Source: Akkermansiaceae bacterium (lineage in GTDB: Bacteria > Verrucomicrobiota > Verrucomicrobiia > Verrucomicrobiales > Akkermansiaceae). From it: 64,000 bases of DNA. The position numbers and the translations under genes are program-made. Of the stretch, positions 9,590-19,928 are shown piece after piece (the stretch's first letter is position 1; every line of letters begins with the position of its first letter). The notes beneath the pieces were generated by a model that searched no databases, was not told the origin of the DNA, and was given only the letters and a program-made list of their open reading frames with translations. The stretch covers positions 1 through 64,000 of the forward strand of contig JBPOGF010000021.1 of assembly GCA_051251915.1 (NCBI GenBank). The letters are read 5' to 3'.

Positions 9590-9605
9590 ATTGCTTGGGT
9601 TGAGC

Positions 9606-9980
9606 TTATAGTACTATTCTTTCATACTCTAATTTAAGTTCAGCTCCAAAATTCACTAGTAATCCTAATTTGTAACCAGTGGCTTTGAGATAGTTCAGCA
9701 CTTGTTGTCGGTGAATTTCATTCAGAGCTTTCACTGCTTTAAGTTCTATAATAATCTTATTATAAACTACCATATCTGGCATGAAATACTTAGTTAGAGC
9801 TATTCCTTTATAAAATACATTCACTTGAGGCTCCGAAACAGCTGGTATAGATTGTAACTCAAATTCTTTCATTAAAGATTCATGATAAATGGGTTCATCG
9901 AATCCATTCCCAAATTCATTATAAACTTCAAAACAGGCTCCTATAATTTTGTAAGATTCCTCCTTATATATAATTGCCAT
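9606..9980 (-). CDS. GxxExxY protein (PD-(D/E)XK nuclease-like); likely start ATG 9980 rather than GTG 10022
   Basis: IIYKEESYKIIGACFEV, GNGFDEPIY, PDMVV..IIIELKAV..QVLNYLK..GLLVNFG. Confidence 0.9.
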   Translation of the reverse strand: MAIIYKEESYKIIGACFEVYNEFGNGFDEPIYHESLMKEFELQSIPAVSEPQVNVFYKGIALTKYFMPDMVVYNKIIIELKAVKALNEIHRQQVLNYLKATGYKLGLLVNFGAELKLEYERIVL

Positions 9981-10024
9981 GCTCAGTTCTATTAGTCTCC
10001 TATTCCTTGTTTCATCGTACACCC

Positions 10025-10053
10025 ATTCGTGAAAATTCGTGTAGATTCGTGGT
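10025..10053. repeat. Right inverted repeat of the GxxExxY cassette
   Basis: ATTCGTGAAAATTCGTGTAGATTCGTGGT. Confidence 0.9.
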
Positions 10054-10066
10054 CAAAAGTTTCATC

Positions 10067-10094
10067 GTGCTGGGCTTCATCATCCACCCAGCAC
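10067..10094 (-). terminator. Stem-loop after the flotillin gene (GTGCTGGG…CCCAGCAC)
   Basis: 8-bp perfect stem 16 bp past the flotillin stop codon. Confidence 0.4.
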
Positions 10095-10110
10095 AATAGA
10101 AAATCAGCGG

Positions 10111-12183
10111 TTAAAGAAAGTCCTTCGCCGGCTTATCACCAAACCCAAACCTCTCCGCAGCCCCCAACAAATTACTAATCTGTAATTTATCATCACCCTT
10201 CGCCAACGGTAACAACTGTGTCAAAGCCGCCGTCACACTAAGATTCTTCAAATCCTCAGAATTAGCCCCAAACTGCGTGATCCACTCCCTCAACTTACCC
10301 TTAAAATAATCCGGGTTTCCATTGAAGAAAGTATCCTTCACATCAGTAAGAACATGTGAGTTATCCACTAAGCGATCCGCTGATTTACCCTTGATAATAC
10401 TATTCGTAATACGATCAAAGAACTCAGTCTCACCGCCAACAATATCAATCTTAGAATGCTTAAGCGCCTCGCCGATGACAATAGCCTGCTGCTCCGCAAC
10501 CTGACGCTGAACATCGATCTCTGCCAACTCGATAACCTTCGACTTCTCCAGCTTGAGCTTGAACTCCTCGTGCTCCTGACCAGCTTCTTCGAACAACTTC
10601 ATCGCTGCAGCCTTCTGCTCTATACCAGTAGCCTCCGCAGCAAACTTCAGTGCCTGCACATCTGCCTCTGCCGCACCCTGCTTCTGAGTCGCCTCAGCAT
10701 CTGCAAGTCTTACCTCCACAGCACCGAGTCCTTCAGCAGCAGTCTCCTTAGCCACAGCCTCAGCAAGCATCTTCTTACCAGCCGCATCCTTCTCAGACGC
10801 TGTAAGATTAGCCTCAGCCATAATGATCCGCTCCTCAGCAGCCTTCTCACTAGCAGACTTGCTAGCCTCAGCAGCCTTAGTAACCTTATAAGCATCCTCA
10901 TCAGCCTTAAGCTGCGCAGACTCCTTATGAGCCTCAGCCTCTTTCACCTGACGGATAAGAATCTCAGCCGCCTCAGCTTCCGCCGTAGTAACAGTCACCT
11001 GCTTATGACGATCAGCCCCAGCAAATGCCTCCGTATCCTTGATCTTCTCCTGCTCAATAACCACAGTCTTCTCAAGAGCCACACGGTCCTTAATAACCTC
11101 CTGGATATTCTTCTTCTCCACCTCAATAGCCTTCTCCTTCTCGATCGTCTTAAGCTCAGTCACACGCTCACGCTCAATAGACTCAAGCATCCTCTCACGC
11201 TCTACACGCTCTATCTCCACTGCATCCGTGCGCTCCTTAGTGCGCATAGCAACTAGAACCTGACGCTGCTTATTCTCTTCCGCAACCTCGATTTCCTCCT
11301 CGGAACTAATACGAGCACGTTCTGCTTTCTGGTGCTCTTCCTCACGCACCTTAGAAGTCTCTGCTTCTTCGCGTAATCTTACAATCTCCACTTCACGCGC
11401 TTGCTTAGATTCTGTTTCCGCAAGCTGACGCTCCAGCTCAAGAATCGCCTCACGGGCCTCCACATCCTGTTGCTTTATAACCTTCTCCTTATCTCTCTGA
11501 ATATGATTAGAAAGCTTAGCTTGCTCAGCCGTCAGCGTGTGAATCTTCTTAATACCCTCAGCATCCAAAATATTATCCGGATCTAACATCTCCAAAGGAG
11601 TCTGCTCCAAATAATCAATCGCCGCATCATCAAGAACAAACCCATTCAAATCTGTCCCAATAACCTTCAAAATCTCATCCCTAAACTGATCCCTCTGCTC
11701 ATAAAGCTGAATAAAATCAAACTGCTTACCAACCGTCTTCAACGCCTCAGAAAACTTAGCATCAAACAAATCCCTAATCTCCTGAACAGAAGACGCACGG
11801 TCACAACCAATCGACCCCGCAACATTAAGCACATCATCATCCGCATTATTCACCCGAACAAAAAATGCCACCTTAATATCCGCTCGCATATTATCCTTAC
11901 AAATAAGACCATTCTTACCAGTCCTATCAATCTCCACACGCTTCAACGAGATATCCATCAGATCTGCCCTATGGATAAATGGCACTACTGGACCACCATT
12001 AAAGAACACCTTAGTGCCTCCAATACCTGTCCGGACAATTGCCGTGCCCTTCTCTACCTTCCGGTAGAATGTAAGTATCACGATTACGCAAGCTACAAAG
12101 GCACAAAGTATTACTATACCGCCTATGACGAATGGGTTTTGCCCTACTGACAGCAAAACTGGATTTAGTATTTCTAGTTTCAT
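10111..12183 (-). CDS. yqiK: Flotillin/SPFH (Band 7) family protein, YqiK-like
   Basis: N-terminal TM, SPFH domain (GLICKDNMRADIKVAFFVRVN), long EA-rich coiled coil. Confidence 0.88.
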   Translation of the reverse strand: MKLEILNPVLLSVGQNPFVIGGIVILCAFVACVIVILTFYRKVEKGTAIVRTGIGGTKVFFNGGPVVPFIHRADLMDISLKRVEIDRTGKNGLICKDNMRADIKVAFFVRVNNADDDVLNVAGSIGCDRASSVQEIRDLFDAKFSEALKTVGKQFDFIQLYEQRDQFRDEILKVIGTDLNGFVLDDAAIDYLEQTPLEMLDPDNILDAEGIKKIHTLTAEQAKLSNHIQRDKEKVIKQQDVEAREAILELERQLAETESKQAREVEIVRLREEAETSKVREEEHQKAERARISSEEEIEVAEENKQRQVLVAMRTKERTDAVEIERVERERMLESIERERVTELKTIEKEKAIEVEKKNIQEVIKDRVALEKTVVIEQEKIKDTEAFAGADRHKQVTVTTAEAEAAEILIRQVKEAEAHKESAQLKADEDAYKVTKAAEASKSASEKAAEERIIMAEANLTASEKDAAGKKMLAEAVAKETAAEGLGAVEVRLADAEATQKQGAAEADVQALKFAAEATGIEQKAAAMKLFEEAGQEHEEFKLKLEKSKVIELAEIDVQRQVAEQQAIVIGEALKHSKIDIVGGETEFFDRITNSIIKGKSADRLVDNSHVLTDVKDTFFNGNPDYFKGKLREWITQFGANSEDLKNLSVTAALTQLLPLAKGDDKLQISNLLGAAERFGFGDKPAKDFL

Positions 12184-12208
12184 ATATTTATTCTGATGTT
12201 GTTAAATT

Positions 12209-12901
12209 TTATTCTCGGGTCGTAGTTCCCATACTGGTTTCTATCTCGGAAGAAATGCTCTCACCTAAAAGCTCAGAGGAGTCTGATACAGCTCTAACTA
12301 TATACTTTTTCGCAGCCTTATCATGACTAATGATCAAGACTTCCTCACCTCTCACAAGTGGTTTATCACTCTCACGGAGCTTGCAATTCACTAGCGCGGG
12401 AGAGGTATTATGGCGAAGCACCACTACCTGGCCATAGTTGTGATCCAGCACACGGCTTTTCACTTTTCCAGACTGTCCTATGAGTGGCTCAGCCGCCTCA
12501 ACATCCTTTTTAATAGCATTAAAAAGTGGAGCCAGTGGCTTAGTGAAATACTTTGTAATGATCACACTAATAACGAAGTTCGCTATCAGCAACATCCCCG
12601 CTATGCTCAGACTACCCTCCGGGTTGAACTGCTCATTACTAGTCAAGGAGATCGCCCACATCACAGCATTTAGAACTGTCAAAACAAGCATCACCGGAAC
12701 CTCCACTGCATTTACAAAACTCAATATAGTGCTGAAAATACCACCATTGATATCTACATCAGTATCAAGATCGACATCCACATCAGTATCAAAATCTAAA
12801 ACCCCGAAACTGCTGATCAGCCAGTATACACAGAAGAACATCAACCCAATAGTAAAGGGCAGATTGTAAATCTCAGTTGCTTGTATCCATAATTCTTTCA
12901 C
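12209..12901 (-). CDS. YqiJ/NfeD-like membrane protein with C-terminal OB fold
   Basis: TM segments with acidic DxDxD loop and C-terminal OB-like region; sits upstream of flotillin. Confidence 0.75.
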   Translation of the reverse strand: MKELWIQATEIYNLPFTIGLMFFCVYWLISSFGVLDFDTDVDVDLDTDVDINGGIFSTILSFVNAVEVPVMLVLTVLNAVMWAISLTSNEQFNPEGSLSIAGMLLIANFVISVIITKYFTKPLAPLFNAIKKDVEAAEPLIGQSGKVKSRVLDHNYGQVVVLRHNTSPALVNCKLRESDKPLVRGEEVLIISHDKAAKKYIVRAVSDSSELLGESISSEIETSMGTTTRE

Positions 12902-12997
12902 GACACACGCATTTCATATTAAAAAGTCACATTCTGCGATTATAATTTATCAAAAACTTTATATCCCCTGACAATTCAAGTATCTCAGGCCTCCTGC

Positions 12998-13342
12998 CTA
13001 CTTCAACAACCTCGCCACCAGCCCGTGCATCGCATGAGCAATGAGTCGTCTTCTACAACAATTCGAAGCGCAATAAGTGCTCGGCATCCTCCACAGAGCA
13101 TTCGGGTTAGAAGTTACCGCAAGCTGATACAGCGCCCTAATGGGAAGCCGCCTGACCACATTAGATACTATACCATGAGTGTATCTAAACATCCGCTCCC
13201 GCTCCTTCTCATACGTTTCTTTATTATGCTTCAGAAGCTTGCAATCATCATAAAGATTCTTGCTGAGTGAAGACATCTTCGCTTCACTCTTACGCAACTC
13301 TTTCAATATGGTTCTAATCGCTAATTTATAATCTTCATTCAT
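12998..13342 (-). CDS. Hypothetical protein, 114 aa
   Basis: ATG-started ORF co-oriented with the operon; no recognised motif. Confidence 0.5.
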   Translation of the reverse strand: MNEDYKLAIRTILKELRKSEAKMSSLSKNLYDDCKLLKHNKETYEKERERMFRYTHGIVSNVVRRLPIRALYQLAVTSNPNALWRMPSTYCASNCCRRRLIAHAMHGLVARLLK

Positions 13343-13587
13343 CTCATAACAGATTACTCAGTTTTAAGGATGCCCCCTGTACAATACCCTTTCTACACTA
13401 AAGTCTAGGTAAGCTAATTTGGCAAGTTCGGGATTCAACTGGCACATCTCATACTTAAAATAGAGCCCATAGCAACTCCTCCATCTCCGAAAAGTGAGAC
13501 CAGCTCAGCCCCCTCTAAATTGGAGCACTTTTGTGAATATAAAGTTCTCGTATAATCAGTAAGTTTCTGGCTACATTACTCACAATC

Positions 13588-14337
13588 ATGGGCATACAAA
13601 TCACACCTGCTAATAAAATTTGCGTTGTCTCTTATAATATCAGGCACGGAGTGAATATGCAAAATGAGCTCAACCTCAATGGCACCATCAATGCTATTCA
13701 ATCCCTCACCCCTGACATCATCGCCCTCCAAGAAGTGGATCAACTATGTGACCGGTCAAACAAAGTCGACCAACCTGCTCACATTGCGGAGAAACTCGGA
13801 ATGGACCACGCATTCGGCAAAGCAATGGATCTACAAGGAGGCAACTACGGACAAGCTATCCTCTCAAAATACCCCATTCTAAAAAGTAAAGTGCATCGCC
13901 TCCCCGGCGAAGGTGAACCTAGAATCGCCCTAGAAATCATCATTGAACCAGCCAAAGGACAGAAAATCTCCTGCATTAGCGTGCATCTCAATTTTCACTC
14001 AGAAGAAACCCGACAACTCCAAATCAAATCCCTCCAACAAGCTCTGAAATCAGTAACTCACCCCATCATCCTAATGGGCGACTTCAATGCTCAGCCAGAA
14101 AGCAACACGATCAAAATGCTCAAACAGCAATGGCGCAACATCCCGAAAAAAGGCGCGCAGCTCACCTTCCCAGCAGACACCCCAACCATCGAAATTGACT
14201 ATTTCTGGCTACGAAATTGGAAGGCAGAGGGCGTAGTTTGCGAAGTAGTTACAGAAAATAACACCTCTGACCATCGCCCCCTTCAACTGATGATCCATCT
14301 ACCTGAAGCAAATGAACACGTTCATTTGGATCCCTGA
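13588..14337 (+). CDS. Endonuclease/exonuclease/phosphatase (EEP) family protein
   Basis: SYNI, LQEVD, GDFN, IDY and SDHRP motifs. Confidence 0.9.
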   Translation: MGIQITPANKICVVSYNIRHGVNMQNELNLNGTINAIQSLTPDIIALQEVDQLCDRSNKVDQPAHIAEKLGMDHAFGKAMDLQGGNYGQAILSKYPILKSKVHRLPGEGEPRIALEIIIEPAKGQKISCISVHLNFHSEETRQLQIKSLQQALKSVTHPIILMGDFNAQPESNTIKMLKQQWRNIPKKGAQLTFPADTPTIEIDYFWLRNWKAEGVVCEVVTENNTSDHRPLQLMIHLPEANEHVHLDP

Positions 14338-14413
14338 AAAGGACCACATATATTCCAGTCCTGTCACATCTTTCCACTTGTAATTAATTAAATACAAGCC
14401 TCTTTAGTAAAGT

Positions 14414-15973
14414 ATGAATCCTACTAGAAGACATGCACTTAAGGCAATGACTGGCACAGCAGCCAGCATCATAGGGATGCCCCTAACGCCACTCATGGCA
14501 GCAATGCAGCAGTCTTCGGTGAAAACCATTTCCATCATCCACACCACCGACCTCCATGGTCACATCCTACCTAGCACAGATTACGACGGTAACACCAAAC
14601 TCGGCGGACTAGCCAAATGCGCTACACAGATCCGATCATGGAGAAATATGAATCCATCTAACATTCTAGTAGACATTGGAGATCTCTACCAAGGAACCCC
14701 AGTCAGCCAGCTATGTAATGGAAAGGTAATGGTAGAGCTAATCAACAAAATAGGATACGACTCATGGACGCTAGGTAACCACGAATTCGACTGGGGCCTA
14801 CAAGCCGTAGAAGAAGCCGCAAACCTCTCAAAAATGCCCATCCTCACCGCCAACATCGAGTATCAAGGCCGTAAGCCAGGGAAATGGGGAAACGCTGACC
14901 ACCCACTCGCAAAACGTGTCGCCCCCTTCATGCTCAAAGAAGTCGACGGATTCAAAATCGGCATCGTAGGACTCGTCACCCCAGGCCTCCCATACTGGCT
15001 CAGCCCAGACCTACTAAAAGGAGTCAAGCCACTCGACCCCGTTGAATGCCTACAAAACAGCGTGACCCAACTCCAAGCAATGAAAGCAGACGCCATCATC
15101 GTCACCGGCCACATGGGCTTCAAGTTCCGCTACGACTACGCCAACCCGCTAGATAAGATCCTCGGCAAAGTACAAGGCATCGACCTCTACATCGGAGGGC
15201 ACTCCCACATGGACATGTCCTACTTCAAGGTCAACGGCGTCCTCTGCACCCAAGCTGCCTACCACGGAATCCAATGCGGCAGAGTAGACCTAACATTCGA
15301 CCGTGAAACCCGTAAACTACTCAAAAAACGCATCGTCAGCAACCTCATGGACGACCGCTTCGCAGAAGACCCCATCGTCCTCCAACATGCTCAACCCTAC
15401 CTAGACACCGCAACGAAATACACTGAAAAAGAAGTAGGTGAACTACTCGTTGACATCGAAGCCAAAGGCCCTAACAAAAACACCCTTCCCCTCTTCGCTA
15501 ACGCCTTTAATCATCTAGCAGCCAAACAGAAACTCAAAGTCGATGCCATCTTCCACGGCACATTCGGCGGCACACTGAAAGCAGGAAAAGTCACCATGGG
15601 AGACCTCTGGACTCTTATCCCATATGACAACATGCTCGCCCTATGTGAACTCTCCGTCGAAGAAATGCTCGCCGTAATCAATGAAGCCGATAAATCAAGA
15701 ATGTCCGACCGCGAGCTCCTAGGCCTCACCGCCATCGAAAAAGATAAGAAATTCGTAGCGATCAAAAAAGGCGACAAAGCCCTCCCACCAAACCACCGCA
15801 TCACCGTCCTCTTCAACAGCTACGACCTCCAGTCCGGCGGACAAAAACTAATGACGCTCAGAAAAATAGGCCAAGCCACCGCATCTAACAAAACAATGTT
15901 AGACACCTCAACCCGTGACGCCCTAGCTGAATATTTCTTGGATAAAAAAGTTGTCTCAGTTAGCGATCTCTAA
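14414..15973 (+). CDS. Tat-exported 5'-nucleotidase / 2',3'-cyclic phosphodiesterase family metallophosphoesterase
   Basis: TRRHALK Tat signal; HTTDLHG, DIGD, GNHEFD, GGHSH; 5'-nucleotidase C-domain. Confidence 0.88.
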   Translation: MNPTRRHALKAMTGTAASIIGMPLTPLMAAMQQSSVKTISIIHTTDLHGHILPSTDYDGNTKLGGLAKCATQIRSWRNMNPSNILVDIGDLYQGTPVSQLCNGKVMVELINKIGYDSWTLGNHEFDWGLQAVEEAANLSKMPILTANIEYQGRKPGKWGNADHPLAKRVAPFMLKEVDGFKIGIVGLVTPGLPYWLSPDLLKGVKPLDPVECLQNSVTQLQAMKADAIIVTGHMGFKFRYDYANPLDKILGKVQGIDLYIGGHSHMDMSYFKVNGVLCTQAAYHGIQCGRVDLTFDRETRKLLKKRIVSNLMDDRFAEDPIVLQHAQPYLDTATKYTEKEVGELLVDIEAKGPNKNTLPLFANAFNHLAAKQKLKVDAIFHGTFGGTLKAGKVTMGDLWTLIPYDNMLALCELSVEEMLAVINEADKSRMSDRELLGLTAIEKDKKFVAIKKGDKALPPNHRITVLFNSYDLQSGGQKLMTLRKIGQATASNKTMLDTSTRDALAEYFLDKKVVSVSDL

Positions 15974-17201
15974 CATTTCTCAGAATCCTCATCAGCGCTG
16001 CCTGCCCTACTAATTGCTTAAACACTCCTCTCCCATTCGGATAGAATTTCATCTCAGCACAGGTCTCTATTTCGTCCCCATTTCTAACAGAAACGCCAAT
16101 CCAAACAGTCCCCACAGGCTTATCCGCAGATCCACCACTTGGTCCTGCTATCCCAGTTACTGAAATAGCAATGTCAGCACCTGCACGATTCAGCGCGCCC
16201 TCAGCCATCTCCTTCGCCACCTCCTCACTCACTGCACCAAACTCTTCAAGACTATCCTCACTAACTCCCAGCATCTCCACCTTAGCCTCATTCGCATAAG
16301 TCACAAACCCATGAGTAAACACAGCAGAAGATCCTGCAACATCAGTAATGCGACTAGAAATTCTCCCCCCAGTACAACTCTCCGCCAGCGCAAGCTTCAA
16401 TCCTTTTTCTGTGAGAAGATGCACCACAGTCTCCTCTAGCGATCTCTCATCGTCATTCACAAACTGCTCGGGGTAAGTTTTTACCGCTAGCTCTGCAGCC
16501 ACTATCCTCTCCCCCGCCAATCCAATCAACCGTAAATCCAACTCACCAGGCCTAGCACAATAACCCACCTCCAAGTCACCCACCTCGTGAAGCTTCGCAT
16601 CCAGCATATCCTGAAATGAACTCTCCCCCACTCCCGAAAATTTAATATTCGTCACCCCATGATCCGCTGGCATATCAGTGAGCGCCTTCAACCTCGGCTC
16701 CACCTCCGCATGATACATCGCATGCATTTCATGCGGCGGCCCAGGCAATAAAAAGATAGCACAAGCAGAATCACCCAACCTCGGCGGAACATACACCCCA
16801 GGTGCCGTCCCATTTGGATTCGGCAGCACATCCGCCCCCACAGGATGCAACGCCTGCTTCAAATTTGAAGGAGTCATCTCCCTATTTATCTTCTTAAAAA
16901 ATGCCTCAATACAACGCACAGCATGCTCATCCTCTATCAACTCCACACCCAGCGCCTCTGCCGTTGCCTCGCGAGTCACATCATCACTAGTAGGCCCCAG
17001 CCCACCAGTCACTATCACCGCATCACTCACCGCTATACTCTGCTTCAGCGCATCCCTAATCGGATCCCCATCCGGAACAGTAACCAACCTCTGCACACGT
17101 AACCCCAACCCTAGCAACTCCTGCCCCAACCAAGCTCCATGCGTATTCAAAGTGCTACCCAAAAGCAGCTCCGATCCTGTATTAATAATCTCTATCCTCA
17201 T
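15960..17201 (-). CDS. cinA: CinA-like protein (MoCF-binding domain + NMN deamidase PncC)
   Basis: GSELLLG, GGLGPTSDD, AESCTGG, TGIAGPSGG. Confidence 0.92.
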   Translation of the reverse strand: MRIEIINTGSELLLGSTLNTHGAWLGQELLGLGLRVQRLVTVPDGDPIRDALKQSIAVSDAVIVTGGLGPTSDDVTREATAEALGVELIEDEHAVRCIEAFFKKINREMTPSNLKQALHPVGADVLPNPNGTAPGVYVPPRLGDSACAIFLLPGPPHEMHAMYHAEVEPRLKALTDMPADHGVTNIKFSGVGESSFQDMLDAKLHEVGDLEVGYCARPGELDLRLIGLAGERIVAAELAVKTYPEQFVNDDERSLEETVVHLLTEKGLKLALAESCTGGRISSRITDVAGSSAVFTHGFVTYANEAKVEMLGVSEDSLEEFGAVSEEVAKEMAEGALNRAGADIAISVTGIAGPSGGSADKPVGTVWIGVSVRNGDEIETCAEMKFYPNGRGVFKQLVGQAALMRILRNVRDR

Positions 17202-17210
17202 GACGAATTC

Positions 17211-18530
17211 TTAACACACTTTATGGATTCTGTGTTCAACTTCTTTTGACGTATTTACCTCCGCCTTCAACATCCCCATCAAATTATACACCCCAAAAAA
17301 CGTCCTGTTCAGATACAAAGCATCCGCCTGCCCACGCGCGGAATTGATAGCCTGCAGCTCCTTATCCGTCCGAGTACGTTCACCAAATGCCGCCAACTCC
17401 TCGAAAAATCCATTATCTCCAAAGTCATACACCCCAGCCATATACGGCGTATTCAATAAAGTAATAGACTCCTGAAAAATCCCTAACAACTTCTCAACTG
17501 TAGCCTCATCATCCTCATCTAACAATAAACTCACCCCATATAGCGCCGGCTTCAGCTTCTCCCTATCCTGAAACACCTCTGGCTCCATCAACCGGAAATA
17601 ACTCTCGTAAAATTCCCCACTAACCTCCTTCACACACCCAAAATCCAACACCCACAACTCTCCATCCTTCACAATAAAGTTCCCCGGATGCGGATCCGCA
17701 TGAAACACCCGTAACGTATGAATCTGATGCGCATAAAAGTCCCACAACGCCTGAGCAATCTTATTCTTCTCCTCCTGAGGAGCATCACTCTCAGCATATT
17801 GATCCAGCTGCAAACCATCCACCCACTCCATCGTCAAAATCTTCTGACTAGAATATTCAGGAAAATATTTAGGAAATTTCGTAGCAGTCAGATCACCTGA
17901 TCTCTCCGCCAGATCCACAGACCTCCGCAACTCCAAGCCATAGTTCGTCTCCTCTATCAACTTAGCCTCCACCTCCTGCATATAAGGATCTATCGCCTTA
18001 GCATCCAGCTGAAATAGCTTCATCGCTATCGGCTTCACAATCGCCAAATCACTATGCAAACTATCCGCCACCCCCGGATACTGCACCTTCACAGCATAGG
18101 TCTTCCCATCCTTAGTCGCCTTATGCACCTGCCCTATAGAAGCTCCAGCCGCAGCCTTATTACTAAAGGTATCAAATATCTCCGTAGGCGACTTCCCCAC
18201 CTCCCGCTGAAATGTCCGCACCACCAACGGATAGGACAACGGCGGAGCAGAATACTGAGCTTTAGAAAACTCATCCGCATACTGCGCCGGAATCATATTC
18301 TTATCCATGCTCAAAATCTGAGCCAACTTCAGCGGACCACCCTTCAACTTACTAAACGTCTTATAAGTATCCGCCGCCGTCCGCTCGTGAAATTTCTCCT
18401 TCTCATCCCTACCGGTTAGCGCCTTAGTCCCCTTATACCGCAAGTAATTCACGCCCACTTTCATCCCTGCTCCCGCAAGGGACGCCGCTCTGCCTAACTT
18501 ATGTTTCGGGATAGATGTTTGTTCTTTCAT
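17211..18530 (-). CDS. ABC1/UbiB family atypical kinase
   Basis: KGGPLKLAQ, ASIGQVH, AVKVQYPG, HADPHPGN, LDFG. Confidence 0.92.
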   Translation of the reverse strand: MKEQTSIPKHKLGRAASLAGAGMKVGVNYLRYKGTKALTGRDEKEKFHERTAADTYKTFSKLKGGPLKLAQILSMDKNMIPAQYADEFSKAQYSAPPLSYPLVVRTFQREVGKSPTEIFDTFSNKAAAGASIGQVHKATKDGKTYAVKVQYPGVADSLHSDLAIVKPIAMKLFQLDAKAIDPYMQEVEAKLIEETNYGLELRRSVDLAERSGDLTATKFPKYFPEYSSQKILTMEWVDGLQLDQYAESDAPQEEKNKIAQALWDFYAHQIHTLRVFHADPHPGNFIVKDGELWVLDFGCVKEVSGEFYESYFRLMEPEVFQDREKLKPALYGVSLLLDEDDEATVEKLLGIFQESITLLNTPYMAGVYDFGDNGFFEELAAFGERTRTDKELQAINSARGQADALYLNRTFFGVYNLMGMLKAEVNTSKEVEHRIHKVC

Positions 18531-18533
18531 TCT

Positions 18534-19211
18534 TTATTCAGGTATAAATTTACTAATCATTTTGCTCAACCCTTTGAGCCTATCATCCTTCCCAGCCATA
18601 AATCTTACAAAATCAAACCCAGACTCCAGCACACCATGCGCCGCTGACTGAATCCCAAAATGCGTACTCTTCTCAATAAACGCATCCGTATCCTGAAAAT
18701 CCACACTACTATCCTTAATGTAAAAATGAATGATCCCTAAAAAATGCATAAAAATAAACCGATCATAATACTCTAACAACTTCTTCCGATCCGCAAAAAT
18801 CCCCTGCTGCACCCCCTCACCAACTATCCCTTTCGCAAACTCCCTAAAACGATCACTCATCCCCTTCAGTATCCCACTATTGCCACCCACCGGCCTAGGA
18901 AAGAACCCCACAAACCGTGACCTACTCCCCTGAATATGTGTGATGTAAGTAAAGAAAAACGCCAACAACTTCTGATCCGCAGAATACTCCGCGTAATCAG
19001 CATCCCCCTCTAACACCTTAATAGTCTCATCCACCGTCGCCTGCCAATAACCAGACTCAACCGCCTCTAAATTAGCATAACTCTCATAAAACTCCGCCTC
19101 CTCACGCCCAAGAGCATCCATAAAAGCATACACACTTTTAGGACGTTCACCCTCGGTTAACAGATACTTCCAATAGGCAGTTTGAAGCTCGTCTCTCACA
19201 TTTTCTGACAT
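18534..19211 (-). CDS. TetR-family C-terminal domain regulator associated with the ABC1 kinase
   Basis: PKSVYAF…FYESY N-terminus, DSSVDFQDTDAFIEKS; typical pairing with ABC1. Confidence 0.7.
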   Translation of the reverse strand: MSENVRDELQTAYWKYLLTEGERPKSVYAFMDALGREEAEFYESYANLEAVESGYWQATVDETIKVLEGDADYAEYSADQKLLAFFFTYITHIQGSRSRFVGFFPRPVGGNSGILKGMSDRFREFAKGIVGEGVQQGIFADRKKLLEYYDRFIFMHFLGIIHFYIKDSSVDFQDTDAFIEKSTHFGIQSAAHGVLESGFDFVRFMAGKDDRLKGLSKMISKFIPE

Positions 19212-19289
19212 ACTGCATTACTATGGCGGGTATCCACATTTGTCAATAATTGAATTTTCAGTAATTACTGAAAAACACCGCAAGCTCAG

Positions 19290-19928
19290 CTATTTAGCCT
19301 CAGCAGTGATCGTCTTATTTAGCCGAGCCCACTCCACATTGATCTTCTTATTCCCAGCCCCTCCATTCTTACTCACCGTCACATCACCAAAAATCAGATC
19401 ACTAAACTTCAGCTCCTCCTCCACCAACTTGTAACTTAACTCATTCTCAAAAGTAGTTTTCCCAGTAGTATCTAGATGCTGAACCTTTACCTTACCATTT
19501 TTTAAAAAGACCATTTCACCGCGCTGGCTAGAGAAATCCGCAATCGGATGTTTATAATGATACACCACATCAAAATCCACAATATCAGCTACCTGCACAC
19601 CACTAATAAGCCTCTCGGAATCCGCTATCTCCTTTTTAAGTTTCACTATCCGAGCTCCAAACAACTTCAGCATCCCTTCATTCTCCACCCGCTTCTCATA
19701 CCTCTCAAGTGCCTTCAGAACGTCTTGCTTCTTCTTCAGTATCTCCACCTCAGCAGATTTTCGCTCACGCTCCTCATAGTCCGCCAGCTGATCCAACACA
19801 CGCTTAGCCTTATCTGGCAGTTCCACAGCCTGAGCATTGGCTATACCATGTAATCCTACTACAGCCGTTAAAATGACAAGTGTTTGTGAATTTCTCATAA
19901 GATGATTAGTTAGTGTTAGCATTAGCAT
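19290..19928 (-). CDS. Secreted hypothetical protein (coiled coil + beta domain); start may be MRNSQ
   Basis: Signal peptide (ANAQA), coiled coil. Confidence 0.65.
   Translation of the reverse strand: MLMLTLTNHLMRNSQTLVILTAVVGLHGIANAQAVELPDKAKRVLDQLADYEERERKSAEVEILKKKQDVLKALERYEKRVENEGMLKLFGARIVKLKKEIADSERLISGVQVADIVDFDVVYHYKHPIADFSSQRGEMVFLKNGKVKVQHLDTTGKTTFENELSYKLVEEELKFSDLIFGDVTVSKNGGAGNKKINVEWARLNKTITAEAK

Noticed and set aside
9561..10053. Classical IS element
   Set aside because: No DDE or HUH transposase and no clear target-site duplication; kept only as an IR-flanked cassette
10456..11256. 266-aa plus-strand ORF inside flotillin
   Set aside because: L/S-rich antisense translation of the EA-rich coiled coil
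13440..13455. Sigma54-like TGGCAC upstream of the EEP gene
   Set aside because: The -12 GC is missing (AC at that position)
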